Shown here in pieces: positions 51,729 to 51,847 of a DNA stretch of 51,847 nucleotides. Location of the stretch: IMG/VR virus record IMGVR_UViG_3300024518_002447, positions 1-51,847 of that record, one strand, 5' to 3'. The first letter of the stretch is position 1. Each line of letters starts with the position of its first letter. The position numbers were made by a program, and so were the translations under genes. Origin of the DNA: a virus (taxonomy: Duplodnaviria; Caudoviricetes). The notes under the pieces were generated by a model that had not been told where the DNA came from, ran no database searches, and saw only the letters and a program-made list of their open reading frames with translations.

Positions 51729-51847
51729 ATGATTAAAACGACACCACGACGAATACGCATATTTAATCCATGTGGGCAACGAAAGGATAGCAATGAAGGA
51801 TGGGGGTTATTTTTACGAAATAACCCAGCGATACGCATGGATGATCA
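51729..51847 (+). CDS. N-terminal part of the Ala-rich Imm5-like protein, open at window edge
   Basis: GGAGG RBS; MIKTTPRRIRIFNPCGQRKDSNEGWGLFLRNNPAIRMDD fits the M.TT...IR...PC..GW..LL......DD N-terminus of the family seen at 1-291. Confidence 0.65.
   Translation, partial: MIKTTPRRIRIFNPCGQRKDSNEGWGLFLRNNPAIRMDD

Larger units (their letters stand above)
1..51847. mobile_element. Near-complete tailed phage genome (siphovirus-like), circularly permuted
   Basis: Packaging, head, neck, tail and replication modules are all present, with no host housekeeping genes. Edge ORFs 51729-51847 and 1-291 look like two parts of one protein. Confidence 0.93.

Noticed and set aside
1-51847. CRISPR array or diversity-generating retroelement
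   Set aside because: No regularly spaced repeat-spacer run, no reverse transcriptase and no template/variable repeat pair seen. The repeats found are coding low-complexity or two-copy.

Overview
The window is almost certainly a nearly complete (~52 kb), circularly permuted genome of a tailed dsDNA bacteriophage (siphovirus-like) with no host DNA. The open ORF at the right edge (51729-end) and the open ORF at the left edge (1-291) read as the N- and C-terminal parts of one protein. Nearly all genes are on the minus strand, in two long tightly coupled operons. (i) Early/replication arm (16039->424): RHH regulator, an array of structured RNAs with a tRNA-like element, RecU-like resolvase, SMC-like ATPase, RecT-like recombinase, DUF5131 protein, two initiator-type genes, DnaC-like loader, a C5 methyltransferase with a nested out-of-frame second subunit, and SSB. 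(ii) Late arm (50502->16268): TerS, TerL, portal, a MuF minor head gene split in two around a tyrosine recombinase and ending in an ADP-ribosyltransferase, scaffold, major capsid, glycosyltransferase-like gene, tail tube, neck genes, frameshifted tail chaperone, short tape measure, Dam-like methylase, Ntn-hydrolase, tail-tip genes, a 2494-aa beta-helix/fibre protein and an S74-chaperone fibre. A short plus-strand operon starts at ~50.76 kb and wraps round. Most unusual: fibre-type proteins carrying Sec-like signal peptides with no recognisable endolysin; a five-unit ncRNA array; the split MuF-ART gene; and a ~25-aa C-terminal tag shared by two unrelated late proteins. All calls come from reading motifs by eye; no database search or folding program was run.
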